Shown here: positions 21,679 to 31,457 of the stretch, in pieces
Position numbering within the stretch: position 1 is the stretch's first letter
Layout of the letters: each line of letters starts with the position of its first letter
DNA from: an uncultured delta proteobacterium
GTDB lineage: Bacteria > Myxococcota > B64-G9
Assembly: GCA_963754925.1 (NCBI GenBank)
Contig: CAVWHX010000001.1
Location: forward strand, 32,001 to 96,000
Length of the DNA: 64,000 bases
Direction of reading: 5' to 3'
The notes under the pieces: model-generated
Seen by the model: the letters and a program-made list of their open reading frames with translations, nothing else
The model's database searches: none
What the model was told of the DNA's origin: nothing
Position numbers and translations under genes: made by a program

Positions 21679-23204
21679 ATGGCAAAAGAATCCAGCACTC
21701 CTCGGTCTGAAGGCCTCCAAGCCCCGAATTCCGGTCGCCGGTTTGGCGTCGGAACGCTTGTCCTTATCGCGATCATAAGCTCGGCCGCGATAGGCGCCGG
21801 CACTTACTGGCTGGGCCGCACTGCAGGCGAGAATCACGCGGCAGTCACACCCGAGACCGCGCAGGCTCAGAAGGCCCGCTACCAGTGCCCGATGCACCCG
21901 TCGATTGTGCAGGACCACCCCGGAGAATGCCCCATCTGCGGGATGAAGCTCGTGAGGGTAGACGAGGGGAAGGGAGTGGGAGCGGCGTCGGCGGCGGTAG
22001 GCGCGAACGGAGAACGAAGAATCCTCAATTACCGCGCGCCCATGGACCCGAAGGTAACCTCGCCCACACCGAAAAAGGACGAGATGGGAATGGATTGCGT
22101 CCCTGTGTACGCAAACGACATCACCGGCGCACAGTCGCCGGTCGCGGGTCAGGCCACCGTGGACATCGATCCGGCGCGCCAGCAGCTCATCGGGCTGACC
22201 ACCGCCGAGGTCACCGCGGGCCCGGTCGGCGGCTCCTGGCGGACAGTCGGCCGCGTCGCGATGGACGAAACGCGGGTGCGCCACATCAACCTGAAGGTGC
22301 CCGGGTTCGTCGAACGCATTTACGTGGACTTTGTAGGCAAGACGGTTAAAAGGGCGACCCGCTTTTCTCCCTCTATAGTCCCGAGCTGCTTTCGGCGCAG
22401 GAGGAGTACCTTTTGGCGCTACGCGTAAGCGGCGTCCTTGCGAAAGGCGGCGCGCTTCGCGCCGACGGCGACACGCTGGTTACGGCCGCCCGCAAGAAGC
22501 TGTCGCTCTGGGACATCCCTGAGTCGGAGATCGACCGGATTGCTACAACCGGGAACGCCACTAAAACACTCACCTTCTACTCGCCGGTTTCGGGTGTGGT
22601 GACCAAAAAGGACGTCGTCGAAGGAATGAAGCTCGAAGCCGGCGCGATGCCCTATGAGATTGTCGACCTCTCCGAAGTCTGGGTGCTGGCCGATATCTAC
22701 GAAAACGAACTGCAGCAGGTGAAGGTAGGCATGCCCGCCAGTTTGACCTTGAATGCTTTCCCGAACCGCGAGTTTAACGGCAAGGTCCTGTTCATGGATC
22801 CCATTCTCGATCCCGCGACGCGAACCGTGAAGGTGCGCCTGGCGTTTGCGAATCCAAGTGGCGACCTGCGTCCCGAGATGTTCGGCGACGTGGTACTGCA
22901 CGGTAAACCGCGCGAGGGCCTGCGCATCCCTCTCGACGCGGTGATCGATTCCGGCAACGAAAAGATCGTGTTCGTCGCGCTCGGCAGCGGCAAGTTCCAG
23001 CCTCGCACGGTCCGACTTGGCGACGTGAGCGGCAACAACGTGGAGGTGGTCTCGGGACTTAAATCAGGGGATGAGGTAGTTACGCGCGCGAACTTCCTTA
23101 TTGACTCGGAATCAAGGCTCCGGGCCTCGCTCGCGGAGATATCGGCCGGCAACGCGCCAAAGATACCCGAGAGCGCCCGCGTCCTTCCGGGAAATAACCC
23201 ATGA
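21679..23204 (+). CDS. cusB: CusB-like membrane fusion protein with heavy-metal-binding domains; frameshift at 22348-22351
   Basis: YQCPMHP...CPICGMKL and YRAPMDP...DEMGMD; adding one A restores VKKGDPLFSLYSPELLSAQEEY; FLIDSESRL. Confidence 0.85.
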
Positions 23205-26200
23205 TCAAGCGCGTTATTCGCTTCTCGGCCGAGAACAGATACCTGGTCATCGCCGCGGGCATCGTGTTGCTGGTCATCGCTTGGTGGTCAATTCGGAATA
23301 TTCCGATCGATGCATTGCCCGATCTCTCGGATACCCAGGTGATTGTCTACTCGCGCTGGGACCGCAGCCCGGACATCATCGAGGATCAGGTGACCTACCC
23401 GATTATCACGGCCCTGCTCGGCGCGCCGCGCGTCAAGTCCATCCGCGGCTTTTCGGACTTCGGCTTCAGCTACGTTTACGTCATTTTCGAGGATGGCACC
23501 GACCTCTACTGGGCGCGAACGCGGGTATTGGAGTACTTGTCGAAAGTCATACCGCAGTTGCCCGCCGGGGTGAAGACCGAGCTCGGCCCGGATGCCACGA
23601 GCGTCGGTTGGGTCTTTCAGTACGCGCTCGTGGACAAGAGCGGCACGCACTCGTCCGACGAGCTGCGCTCGTACCAGGATTGGTTTCTACGCTACGCGAT
23701 CCAAAGCGTTCCCGGCGTCTCGGAAGTGGCCACGGTCGGCGGCCAGGTGCGCCAGTACCAAGTGACCGTCAACCCCAACACGCTCGTAGCCTACAAGCTG
23801 CCGCTCGACGCGGTGATCAATGCGGTGCGTAAGGGCAACAACGATGTGGGCGGTCGCCTGGTCGAGCTCGCCGGCCGCGAGTACATGGTGCGCGGCCGCG
23901 GGTACATAAAGAACATTCACGACATCGAGAACCTGGTGCTTAAAACTGAAGGCGGCACCCCGGTGTTGGTGAAGGACGTCGCCACGGTCGCGCTCGGGCC
24001 GGAGATGCGTCGCGGCGTCGCCGACTACAACGGCGAGGGCGATGTTGTCGGCGGCATCGTGGTGATGCGGGCTAGCGAAAACGCCCTGGCCGTCATCGAG
24101 CGCGTCAAGACCAAGCTCGCGGAGCTTGTGCCCTCGTTGCCGAAAGGCGTCGAGGTGGTCACGACCTACGATCGCTCGGATCTCATCGAGCGCGCCATCG
24201 GCACGGTCACGGACAAGCTGATCGAGGAAATCATCGTCGTCTCGATCATCATTCTTATCTTTCTGTGGCATTTCCCCTCGTCGATCATTCCCATCGTTAC
24301 CATCCCGATATCGGTCGCGTTGTCGTTCATCCTGATGAAGCTCTTTGGTATAAACGCCAACCTGATGTCGCTTTCGGGCATCGCTATCTCGATCGGCGTG
24401 CTCGTGGACGGGGCCATTGTCGAGGTGGAGAACGCCTACAACAAAATTCACCACTGGATACAGGACGGGAAGAAGGGCGACTTCCACCAGGTGCGGCTCG
24501 AGGCCTTGTTGGAGGTCGGCCCGGGCGTTTTCTTCTCGCTACTAGTCATTGCGGTGGCATTCTTGCCGGTCTTCACCCTGGTCGACCAGGAAGGCCGGCT
24601 CTTCCGCCCTTTGGCCTTCTCCAAAAACTTTGCCATGGCCATAGCGGCGGTCTTGGCGGTGACGCTCGATCCCGCGCTACGCATGTTGTTCGCGCGGATC
24701 GACCCCTTTACCTTTCGACCTCGGTTTGTGGCGTGGCTTGCGACTAAGTTGTTTGTTGGGGCGTATCACTCCGAGGAGGGTCATCCGATTAGCCGATTGT
24801 TACACCGCCTCTACGAGAAGCCATGCCGCTTCGTCGTGCGACACGCCAAGATGACCATTATCGGCGCGGCGCTTATCGTGCTCACCACCATCCCGATCTA
24901 CCTGAACCTCGGCTCTGAGTTCATGCCTCCGTTGCAGGAGGGGACCATCCTGTACATGCCCTCGGCGGTGGAGCCCGGCATGTCCGTGGCTGAAGCGCAG
25001 AAGGCGCTCCAGATCCAGGACAAGATCCTGATGACCTTCCCCGAGGTCGAACGCGTCTTCGGCAAGGCCGGGCGGGCCAATACCTCCACGGACCCGGCAC
25101 CCTTCACCATGATGGAGACGACCGTTTTGCTCAAGCCGGAGAGTCAATGGCGGGAGAAACCGCGCTGGTACTCTTCTTGGGCGCCCGGGTGGCTTAAACA
25201 GTTCCTGTGCCCGATGTGGGGCGACCGCATCACCCAAGACGAGCTGGAGAATCAGATGAACGCCGCGCTGCAACTCCCGGGCATCTCGAACGCTTGGACC
25301 ATGCCCATCAAGGGCCGGCTCGACATGCTCTCGACCGGGATCCGCACACCCGTGGGCATCAAGATCATGGGCTCGGACCTTACCATCATCGAGCGCATCG
25401 CCAAAGAAACCGAGGCCGCGGTAGCGAGGCTTCCCAGCACCCGCAGCGCCTATGCGGAACGCGTCGCCGGCGGGTACTTCCTCGACTTCGTTCTTAAACG
25501 CGGGCAACTTGCCCGCTACGGTTTGAGCGTCGACGACGCCAACATGATGGTGATGACCGCAGTCGGCGGCGACAATCAAAGCACCACGGTCGAAGGGCGT
25601 GAACGCTACGGCATCAACGTGCGCTACGCGCGCGACTATCGCGACGACGTTGATGCGCTCAAGCGCGTGCTTCTACCGCTGCCGAGCGGTCAGGGGCAGA
25701 TACCGATGAGCGAAATTGCCGATGTTGTGCTCGCGCAGGGGCCCTCGATGATCCGCGACGAGAACGGTCTCTTGGCTGGCTACGTGTACGTCGACTTCGA
25801 CACCTCGAAGGTAGATATCGGCAGCTACGTCGAGCAGGCGAAGGAAGCGGTCGCCGCCGCGGTCACGACGCCGACCGGTTACTCCATGACCTGGAGCGGC
25901 CAGTACGAGAACATGCTCCGAGTCCATGAGCGGATGAAGCTAATTCTGCCGATCACGCTCGTGCTCATCTTCGCATTGCTCTATTTGAACACGAAATCGG
26001 CTTTCAAAGCGGCTCTTGTCATGCTCGCCGTCCCATTCTCCGCCGTCGGAGCTGTCTGGTTGCTGTGGATGCTGGGCTACAATGTCTCGATAGCGGTGTG
26101 GGTCGGCCTGATCGCCCTGATGGGTCTCGACGCCGAGACCGGCGTGTTCATGCTGCTCTTCTTGGATTTATCGCATGACGAGTTTAAGAAGAAGGGACTA

Positions 26201-26455
26201 CTCAAGACCCGGGGCGACCTCGTCGAGGCCATCATCCACGGAGCGGTCAAACGCGTACGCCCCAAGGCCATGACCGTGTTCGCCGCGATGCTTGGCCTGC
26301 TGCCCATCATGTGGTCGATCGGAACCGGGGCCGACCTCATGAAACGGATCGCCGCACCCATGGTGGGCGGTCTGCTTACCTCATTTGTCATGGAACTTCT
26401 CGTATATCCGGCTGTCTACTATCTCTGGCGAAAAAAAGAGGTGGTGCAAGGATAG
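23201..26455 (+). CDS. cusA: CusA/SilA-type Cu(I)/Ag(I) RND pump
   Basis: DALPDLSDTQV, YWARTRVLEYL, Met-triad contexts GSEFMP, APFTMMET, NAWTMPI; RVRPKAMT. Confidence 0.95.
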   Translation: MIKRVIRFSAENRYLVIAAGIVLLVIAWWSIRNIPIDALPDLSDTQVIVYSRWDRSPDIIEDQVTYPIITALLGAPRVKSIRGFSDFGFSYVYVIFEDGTDLYWARTRVLEYLSKVIPQLPAGVKTELGPDATSVGWVFQYALVDKSGTHSSDELRSYQDWFLRYAIQSVPGVSEVATVGGQVRQYQVTVNPNTLVAYKLPLDAVINAVRKGNNDVGGRLVELAGREYMVRGRGYIKNIHDIENLVLKTEGGTPVLVKDVATVALGPEMRRGVADYNGEGDVVGGIVVMRASENALAVIERVKTKLAELVPSLPKGVEVVTTYDRSDLIERAIGTVTDKLIEEIIVVSIIILIFLWHFPSSIIPIVTIPISVALSFILMKLFGINANLMSLSGIAISIGVLVDGAIVEVENAYNKIHHWIQDGKKGDFHQVRLEALLEVGPGVFFSLLVIAVAFLPVFTLVDQEGRLFRPLAFSKNFAMAIAAVLAVTLDPALRMLFARIDPFTFRPRFVAWLATKLFVGAYHSEEGHPISRLLHRLYEKPCRFVVRHAKMTIIGAALIVLTTIPIYLNLGSEFMPPLQEGTILYMPSAVEPGMSVAEAQKALQIQDKILMTFPEVERVFGKAGRANTSTDPAPFTMMETTVLLKPESQWREKPRWYSSWAPGWLKQFLCPMWGDRITQDELENQMNAALQLPGISNAWTMPIKGRLDMLSTGIRTPVGIKIMGSDLTIIERIAKETEAAVARLPSTRSAYAERVAGGYFLDFVLKRGQLARYGLSVDDANMMVMTAVGGDNQSTTVEGRERYGINVRYARDYRDDVDALKRVLLPLPSGQGQIPMSEIADVVLAQGPSMIRDENGLLAGYVYVDFDTSKVDIGSYVEQAKEAVAAAVTTPTGYSMTWSGQYENMLRVHERMKLILPITLVLIFALLYLNTKSAFKAALVMLAVPFSAVGAVWLLWMLGYNVSIAVWVGLIALMGLDAETGVFMLLFLDLSHDEFKKKGLLKTRGDLVEAIIHGAVKRVRPKAMTVFAAMLGLLPIMWSIGTGADLMKRIAAPMVGGLLTSFVMELLVYPAVYYLWRKKEVVQG

Positions 26456-26578
26456 CGATGAGGGGCCTGTGAAACCGGATGGTTACCGACGTCCTTGTCG
26501 TTGCCTAGCGCCTAATGATATAAACAGTATGAGTTGTCAAATATGTTAGGCTCAATGTTCAAAAAGAGGGGAACGCAT

Positions 26579-27433
26579 ATGTCAACGATACTGATGCAGG
26601 GCATGATACTGGCCGTGTTGTTGGCGTTACCGGCAAACCGGTCTACTTCCGCCGAACGAGATGCATCATCGACGCTTGCCGAAGAGCTCAAAACAGCCCA
26701 CACCCTTCTTAAGAACCATGAGCTCGATACCTTGAAACCCATTGTCGGAAACCTCAAAAAAAAGTACCCGACAGACCACGCAGTTCGTATCCTTAGTGGC
26801 GAGGTTTGCCTACAACAGCATCAGTATCAAGAGGCGTTAGAGGAGTTCTCGGAAGTACTAAAAACCGACAAGAACTCGGTTGACGCAAATATCGGCCGAG
26901 CCGAGTCGCTGGTCGGGCTTGGCGACGCCCGCGCGGCGTTATCCTGGGCCAAGATGGGAGTCAGCCTCGATATTGACAACCCCCGGGCATGGCATGTCCT
27001 TGGGGAAGTCTATCTGAATGACGTCAACCAGGATTATCCACGAGCCGAGGAAGCCTTTCGTAGGGAGATCGAATTGGTTCCCGATAGCCGTGAAGGCCGC
27101 CTTAACCTGGCTTATGCGCTCAACTACCAGAAAAAAGGGTACCAAAGTATCGATGAACTTAAAACCGCCCTATCGTACTATCCGCGAGATGTGCCGATAC
27201 TGCTCAAATTGGCTGAAATCTATTACGTTAATCGAGAGCTCGATAAAGCCGAGGAGATGGGTTACGAGGCAATGCGGATCGATCCGAACAATGCCGAGGC
27301 CCTTAAGATAATGGGACAAATCAGGAGTGGACATAGGTATTATTATTGGGTGATTGGGGTCTCGGCGGTTGTCATTCCGTTCATTTTCTTTGGAATGCGC
27401 TGGCTCAAGAAGGGACGAACTATTAAGGAGTAG
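26579..27433 (+). CDS. Tetratricopeptide repeat protein with signal peptide and C-terminal TM anchor
   Basis: Repeated TPR-like units (AWHVLGEVY, AEEAFRREIELVPD, LAEIYY...IDPNNAEA); hydrophobic C-terminus. Confidence 0.8.
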   Translation: MSTILMQGMILAVLLALPANRSTSAERDASSTLAEELKTAHTLLKNHELDTLKPIVGNLKKKYPTDHAVRILSGEVCLQQHQYQEALEEFSEVLKTDKNSVDANIGRAESLVGLGDARAALSWAKMGVSLDIDNPRAWHVLGEVYLNDVNQDYPRAEEAFRREIELVPDSREGRLNLAYALNYQKKGYQSIDELKTALSYYPRDVPILLKLAEIYYVNRELDKAEEMGYEAMRIDPNNAEALKIMGQIRSGHRYYYWVIGVSAVVIPFIFFGMRWLKKGRTIKE

Positions 27434-27434
27434 C

Positions 27435-28244
27435 ATGCCGGCGACTCATCAACTCATATGTTTGGTTGTATGTTTCGTGGCACGTACCGTGCTCGCCGAG
27501 CAGGAATCCTCAACCGGGACGTGTATCGGACATACCTTAACCCCCGAACAAGTCAAAGAGCAGCTTTTTGTGGGCTCGCGTGCGACTTTTGCAACCTGGG
27601 GGGTTGAAACGATTGAGCTTGCACCTTGTTTGAGCGATGACGGCGTTGCCGCCCAGATTGTTCTCACGTTACCCAAGGGCTGGTCGAGCCTCGGTGTTTC
27701 GTATAGGCTGCGGGTATCCTCCAGGTTTGATCCCAAGACCGGCAAGCCGACCGGAAGCACAAAAAATAGTATGCTTCAAACTATTCCGGCTACCATCAAG
27801 AGGCTTCTGCCGCGGATCGAACGCGAGGAAAGCGTCCGCAGTTTTGTCGAGCGCTATCAACCGTTGCTGGTATGGATTGAACCAGACACCAGCAGGGAAA
27901 ATCTGCGGTTTGATTTTCAGTCGATAAACGCACATAAATCCATCGGGGCTCAATTATTGCTTCAGGACAACGTTCCTGGATTCGTTGTCGGGTATCGACT
28001 TTCGCACATCGATGGGTTGCCGGTGCGACGAGAGCTGTTGCGCTTCGCCGAACTAGTTTCAATTCAGCAACCGCGTTGCATGATACAAGATATTTATGCG
28101 CTGCGTCAGGAAAGCCCGATTGATGATAACAAGAAGAAAATAGTCTGGTCAATCGACGCCAAACTACGGGGCAAAGAATGTCGATCACCGATCGGTCTCA
28201 CGGTCGATGAGAATGGCAACACAGCTCCGGATTCTGACAACTAA
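27435..28244 (+). CDS. Hypothetical secreted protein
   Basis: Long ORF starting 1 bp after the TPR gene stop; signal-peptide-like N-terminus. Confidence 0.6.
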   Translation: MPATHQLICLVVCFVARTVLAEQESSTGTCIGHTLTPEQVKEQLFVGSRATFATWGVETIELAPCLSDDGVAAQIVLTLPKGWSSLGVSYRLRVSSRFDPKTGKPTGSTKNSMLQTIPATIKRLLPRIEREESVRSFVERYQPLLVWIEPDTSRENLRFDFQSINAHKSIGAQLLLQDNVPGFVVGYRLSHIDGLPVRRELLRFAELVSIQQPRCMIQDIYALRQESPIDDNKKKIVWSIDAKLRGKECRSPIGLTVDENGNTAPDSDN

Positions 28245-28258
28245 GGTAGGTTGGTTGC

Positions 28259-29173
28259 TCAAGTAATTCTTTCATATTTCATAATAACTGCCCGTGCAGA
28301 AATGATATCTGATCCTTCAAGCCAGTGGATACGAATACCCTTTCGCTCCATACGCCTAAACCAGCTTTCCTGGCGCCGAGCGAATTGATAAATTGCACTT
28401 TCGAGCTTCAAAGCGAGTTCATCTTCGGACTTGATGGCGCCGTTGAGGAATCCTGTTACGTATCGGTACTCGAGGCCGAGTGAGGTAAGCCTCTCTTCTG
28501 AAATTCCTTTTTTGATGAGTTGCTCTACCTCGACGATAAGCCCCTGAATAAACCGTGCCTGCAAACGGTCGTGGATGCGTCGACGGAGTAATTGATGCTC
28601 GACATGTATGCCGAGGATCAACGGGCAAACCCTCGGCCGTTCCCGGGTCGGAAGGTTTTTTTGAAAGTCGGCGATCTCGATTGCGCGTATCACTCGTTCG
28701 GGTGAGCCGAAGTCACTGATATTGTGCAGGCGCTTGACCTGCGCCAGGCGGAGTTTCAGCTCCTCAAAAGATAGACCGGAAAGCTCGGCGCGAAGCCTGG
28801 GGTTTTCAGGCACCGCCGCAAGGTTGTAGTTCATCAGCACCGAGTCAAGGTATAGCCCCGATCCCCCTACTAATACAGGCAGAACATGGCGAGCGCTCAC
28901 CGTAACAAAAACCTCGTAAAAACGTCTTTGGAAATCAAAAACTGAAAACTCCTGGTCGAGATCTGCCTCGTCTATCAGATGATACGGCACCTTTTGGCCG
29001 TTGACCGTGTACTCGCCAAGGTCTTTTCCCGCCCCAATGTCGAGCCCTCGATACACCTGGCGCGAGTCGGCTGATAGTATTTCACCGCCTTGCTCATGCG
29101 CCAACGCCGCTGCCAGGCGGGTCTTTCCGGTTGCCGTGGGGCCGAGTATCACGAGAAGGTTAAATGGGTGCAT
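28259..29173 (-). CDS. miaA: tRNA dimethylallyltransferase
   Basis: GPTATGKT, SADSRQVYRGLDIGAGK, VGGSGLY, FARRQESWFR; start could be 29194. Confidence 0.93.
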   Translation of the reverse strand: MHPFNLLVILGPTATGKTRLAAALAHEQGGEILSADSRQVYRGLDIGAGKDLGEYTVNGQKVPYHLIDEADLDQEFSVFDFQRRFYEVFVTVSARHVLPVLVGGSGLYLDSVLMNYNLAAVPENPRLRAELSGLSFEELKLRLAQVKRLHNISDFGSPERVIRAIEIADFQKNLPTRERPRVCPLILGIHVEHQLLRRRIHDRLQARFIQGLIVEVEQLIKKGISEERLTSLGLEYRYVTGFLNGAIKSEDELALKLESAIYQFARRQESWFRRMERKGIRIHWLEGSDIISARAVIMKYERIT

Positions 29174-29282
29174 ACTATCTATGAACGTGATCATAAGCTT
29201 GTTTGTCAAGCGTCGTTTGGGTGAACATCTAACATAAAATTTTTCTTGACTTAGGCCATGCTTTCTCGTACATAGTGGTACC

Positions 29283-29468
29283 ATGCGAGGTATAAGCAAA
29301 AATTGTTGCGGATCGCACGTTCTGGAACCTCAGGCTAACCTGGTTCTTGGGAATAGCATAGTGGGGCTTACGTTAGAGATTGTTACCGAACGAAGTGCGG
29401 TTTACAATCTCTTATCCCTTCAGGGACTAGTACTCGTTATTAGTCTCGGGTGCGGGCCCCCGTTCTAG
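29283..29468 (+). CDS. ilv operon leader peptide (attenuator) carrying an in-frame 54-nt repeat insertion
   Basis: Ends in Leu/Val/Ile-rich LVLVISL followed by antiterminator and terminator before ilvD; start codon uncertain. Confidence 0.65.
   Translation: MRGISKNCCGSHVLEPQANLVLGNSIVGLTLEIVTERSAVYNLLSLQGLVLVISLGCGPPF
29374..29430 (+). repeat. TAG-flanked hairpin repeat, copy A
   Basis: TAGAGATTGTTACCGAACGAAGTGCGGTTTACAATCTCTTATCCCTTCAGGGACTAG. Confidence 0.8.
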
Positions 29469-29527
29469 AAAAGACCACAAGTCGATTGAACGGCCCCCGC
29501 ACCAGAGAGGTTGCGGGGGTTTTTTTT
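29449..29527 (+). terminator. Attenuator: alternative antiterminator and intrinsic terminator
   Basis: Terminator CCCCCGCA(29494-29501)/TGCGGGGG(29512-29519)+T8; GGTGCGGG (29449-29456) can instead pair with CCCGCACC (29496-29503). Confidence 0.85.
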
Positions 29528-29612
29528 ACGTCGGTGTCAAAGGCAAGAAGGACAATGAATTCAACGATCAGAAAAAACAAGCTCACTCAACGGCGTCTGG
29601 AGAAATTAACCA

Positions 29613-31274
29613 ATGCGTTCCGATAGCATCAAGAAGGGCTTTGAGCACGCCCCCCACCGAGCACTGCTTAAGGCAACTGGCGTTGTGAAAGACCGCGACA
29701 TGGACAAGCCATTTGTCGCCGTTGTCAATTCATATGTCGACATTATTCCCGGCCACGCTCACCTGCAAGGGTTCGCCAAGTTGGTTAAGGAAGCGGTGCG
29801 GGCCGCCGGCGCCGTCCCGTTTGAATTCAACACCATCGGCATCTGCGACGGCATCGCCATGGGTCATGGCGGGATGAAGCTCTCCTTGCCAAGCCGGGAG
29901 CTCATCGCCGACAGTGTAGAGACCATGATCGCGGCACATTGTTTCGATGGCATGGTCTGCATTCCCAACTGTGACAAGATCGTACCCGGTATGTTGATGG
30001 CCGCCGTGCGCCTTGATATTCCGACCATCTTTGTCAGCGGCGGTCCGATGGCTGCGGGCCAAACCCCGGACGGCCGGGTGGTTGACCTGATCAGCATCTT
30101 TGAAGGGGTGGGGGCCTATAAGGCCGGGAAGCTTTCCTTGGCGGAGCTTAAGATCCTTGAGGATCATGGTTGTCCCTCGTGCGGTTCGTGCGCCGGCTTG
30201 TTCACCGCCAACAGCATGAACTGCCTCATGGAAGCGCTGGGGATGGCATTGCCGTACAACGGATCGGCTCTGGCTCTCAGCACCGAGCGTGAGGATCTCG
30301 CCCGGCGCGCCGGCGCGCAAATCGTCGAACTCATCAAGAAGGATACGCGGCCACGCCAGATTCTGACGACTGAGGCGGTTGACGACGCCTTTGCTCTCGA
30401 CATGGCGCTGGGCGGAAGCACCAACACGGTCTTACACCTGCTGGCCGTTACGCATGAGTTGGGAATCGACTATCCCCTCTCGCGTATCGGCGAGATCGCC
30501 TCCCGGGTGCCCCATTTGTGTAAAATAGCGCCGGCATCCGCATTGCACATGCAAGACTTGCATCGCGCCGGCGGGGTTCCGGCTATCCTCAATGAAATCA
30601 GGCAGTTTTTGCACCTCGACCGGCCAACGGTGAGCGGAACCTCCCTGGGCTCATCAATTGCCGGAGCGGTGACGCGCGATCGCGAGGTCATTCGTTCGCC
30701 GCAATCGCCTCATTCGCAATCCGGCGGCCTCGCTATACTATTCGGCAATCTGGCTCCCGAGGGAGCGGTGGTAAAAACCGGCGCGGTGGCTTCAACCATG
30801 CACCAGCATGTTGGCCCTGCTAAAGTCTACGATGGACATGACGCAGCCAAAAACGCTATTCTGGCGGGCGAAATCAGATCGGGAGATGTCGTTGTTATTC
30901 GCTACGAGGGGCCGGCCGGTGGACCGGGGATGCAAGAAATGTTGAGCCCGACGTCCGCTCTCATGGGAATGGGGTTGGATGAAAGCGTAGCGCTCGTGAC
31001 CGACGGCCGCTTTTCCGGCGGAACGCGCGGCGCCTGTATCGGCCATGTCAGTCCCGAGGCCGCGGCCGGCGGACCGATTGCGGCCGTCGAAAACGGCGAT
31101 GTAATCGAGATCGATCTTGATGCGCGGTCGATTACCGTTCGTATTTCAGAAGAGGAGTTATCGCGCCGGTTGCGGTCACTGCCGCGGCGTGAGGTGCATA
31201 TCGAAAGCCGTTGGCTCAGGCGCTATGCCAAGGCCGTAACCAGTGCTTCCTCGGGCGCGGTGCTCAGGGATTAG
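29613..31274 (+). CDS. ilvD: Dihydroxy-acid dehydratase
   Basis: [48 protein letters not shown]. Confidence 0.97.
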   Translation: MRSDSIKKGFEHAPHRALLKATGVVKDRDMDKPFVAVVNSYVDIIPGHAHLQGFAKLVKEAVRAAGAVPFEFNTIGICDGIAMGHGGMKLSLPSRELIADSVETMIAAHCFDGMVCIPNCDKIVPGMLMAAVRLDIPTIFVSGGPMAAGQTPDGRVVDLISIFEGVGAYKAGKLSLAELKILEDHGCPSCGSCAGLFTANSMNCLMEALGMALPYNGSALALSTEREDLARRAGAQIVELIKKDTRPRQILTTEAVDDAFALDMALGGSTNTVLHLLAVTHELGIDYPLSRIGEIASRVPHLCKIAPASALHMQDLHRAGGVPAILNEIRQFLHLDRPTVSGTSLGSSIAGAVTRDREVIRSPQSPHSQSGGLAILFGNLAPEGAVVKTGAVASTMHQHVGPAKVYDGHDAAKNAILAGEIRSGDVVVIRYEGPAGGPGMQEMLSPTSALMGMGLDESVALVTDGRFSGGTRGACIGHVSPEAAAGGPIAAVENGDVIEIDLDARSITVRISEEELSRRLRSLPRREVHIESRWLRRYAKAVTSASSGAVLRD

Positions 31275-31446
31275 GGATTGTTGACGAGCTTTGCGAGTCT
31301 TACAATCCCTTATCCCCGTAGGGGGCTAGAGACGGTAGCAAGCGAAGTGAGGCGTATAGGAGATTGTTGACGAACGGAGTGAGGATTACAAGCTCTTATC
31401 CTTTGGACAGTCTCTTGTCCCTTCGAGTGAAGCGAGAAGGGGCTAG
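31272..31446 (+). repeat. TAG-flanked hairpin repeat, copies B (31272-31329) and C (31357-31446)
   Basis: TAGGGATTGTTGACG...TTACAATCCCTTATCCCC..GGGGCTAG and TAGGAGATTGTTGACGAACGGAGTGAGGATTACAAGCTCTTATCC...GGGCTAG. Confidence 0.8.
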
Positions 31447-31457
31447 GTGGTGAGACG

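Noticed and set aside
31272..31446. Possible CRISPR array in the ilvD-ilvB spacer
   Set aside because: Only two divergent units, no regular spacers, no cas genes; they belong to a dispersed repeat family
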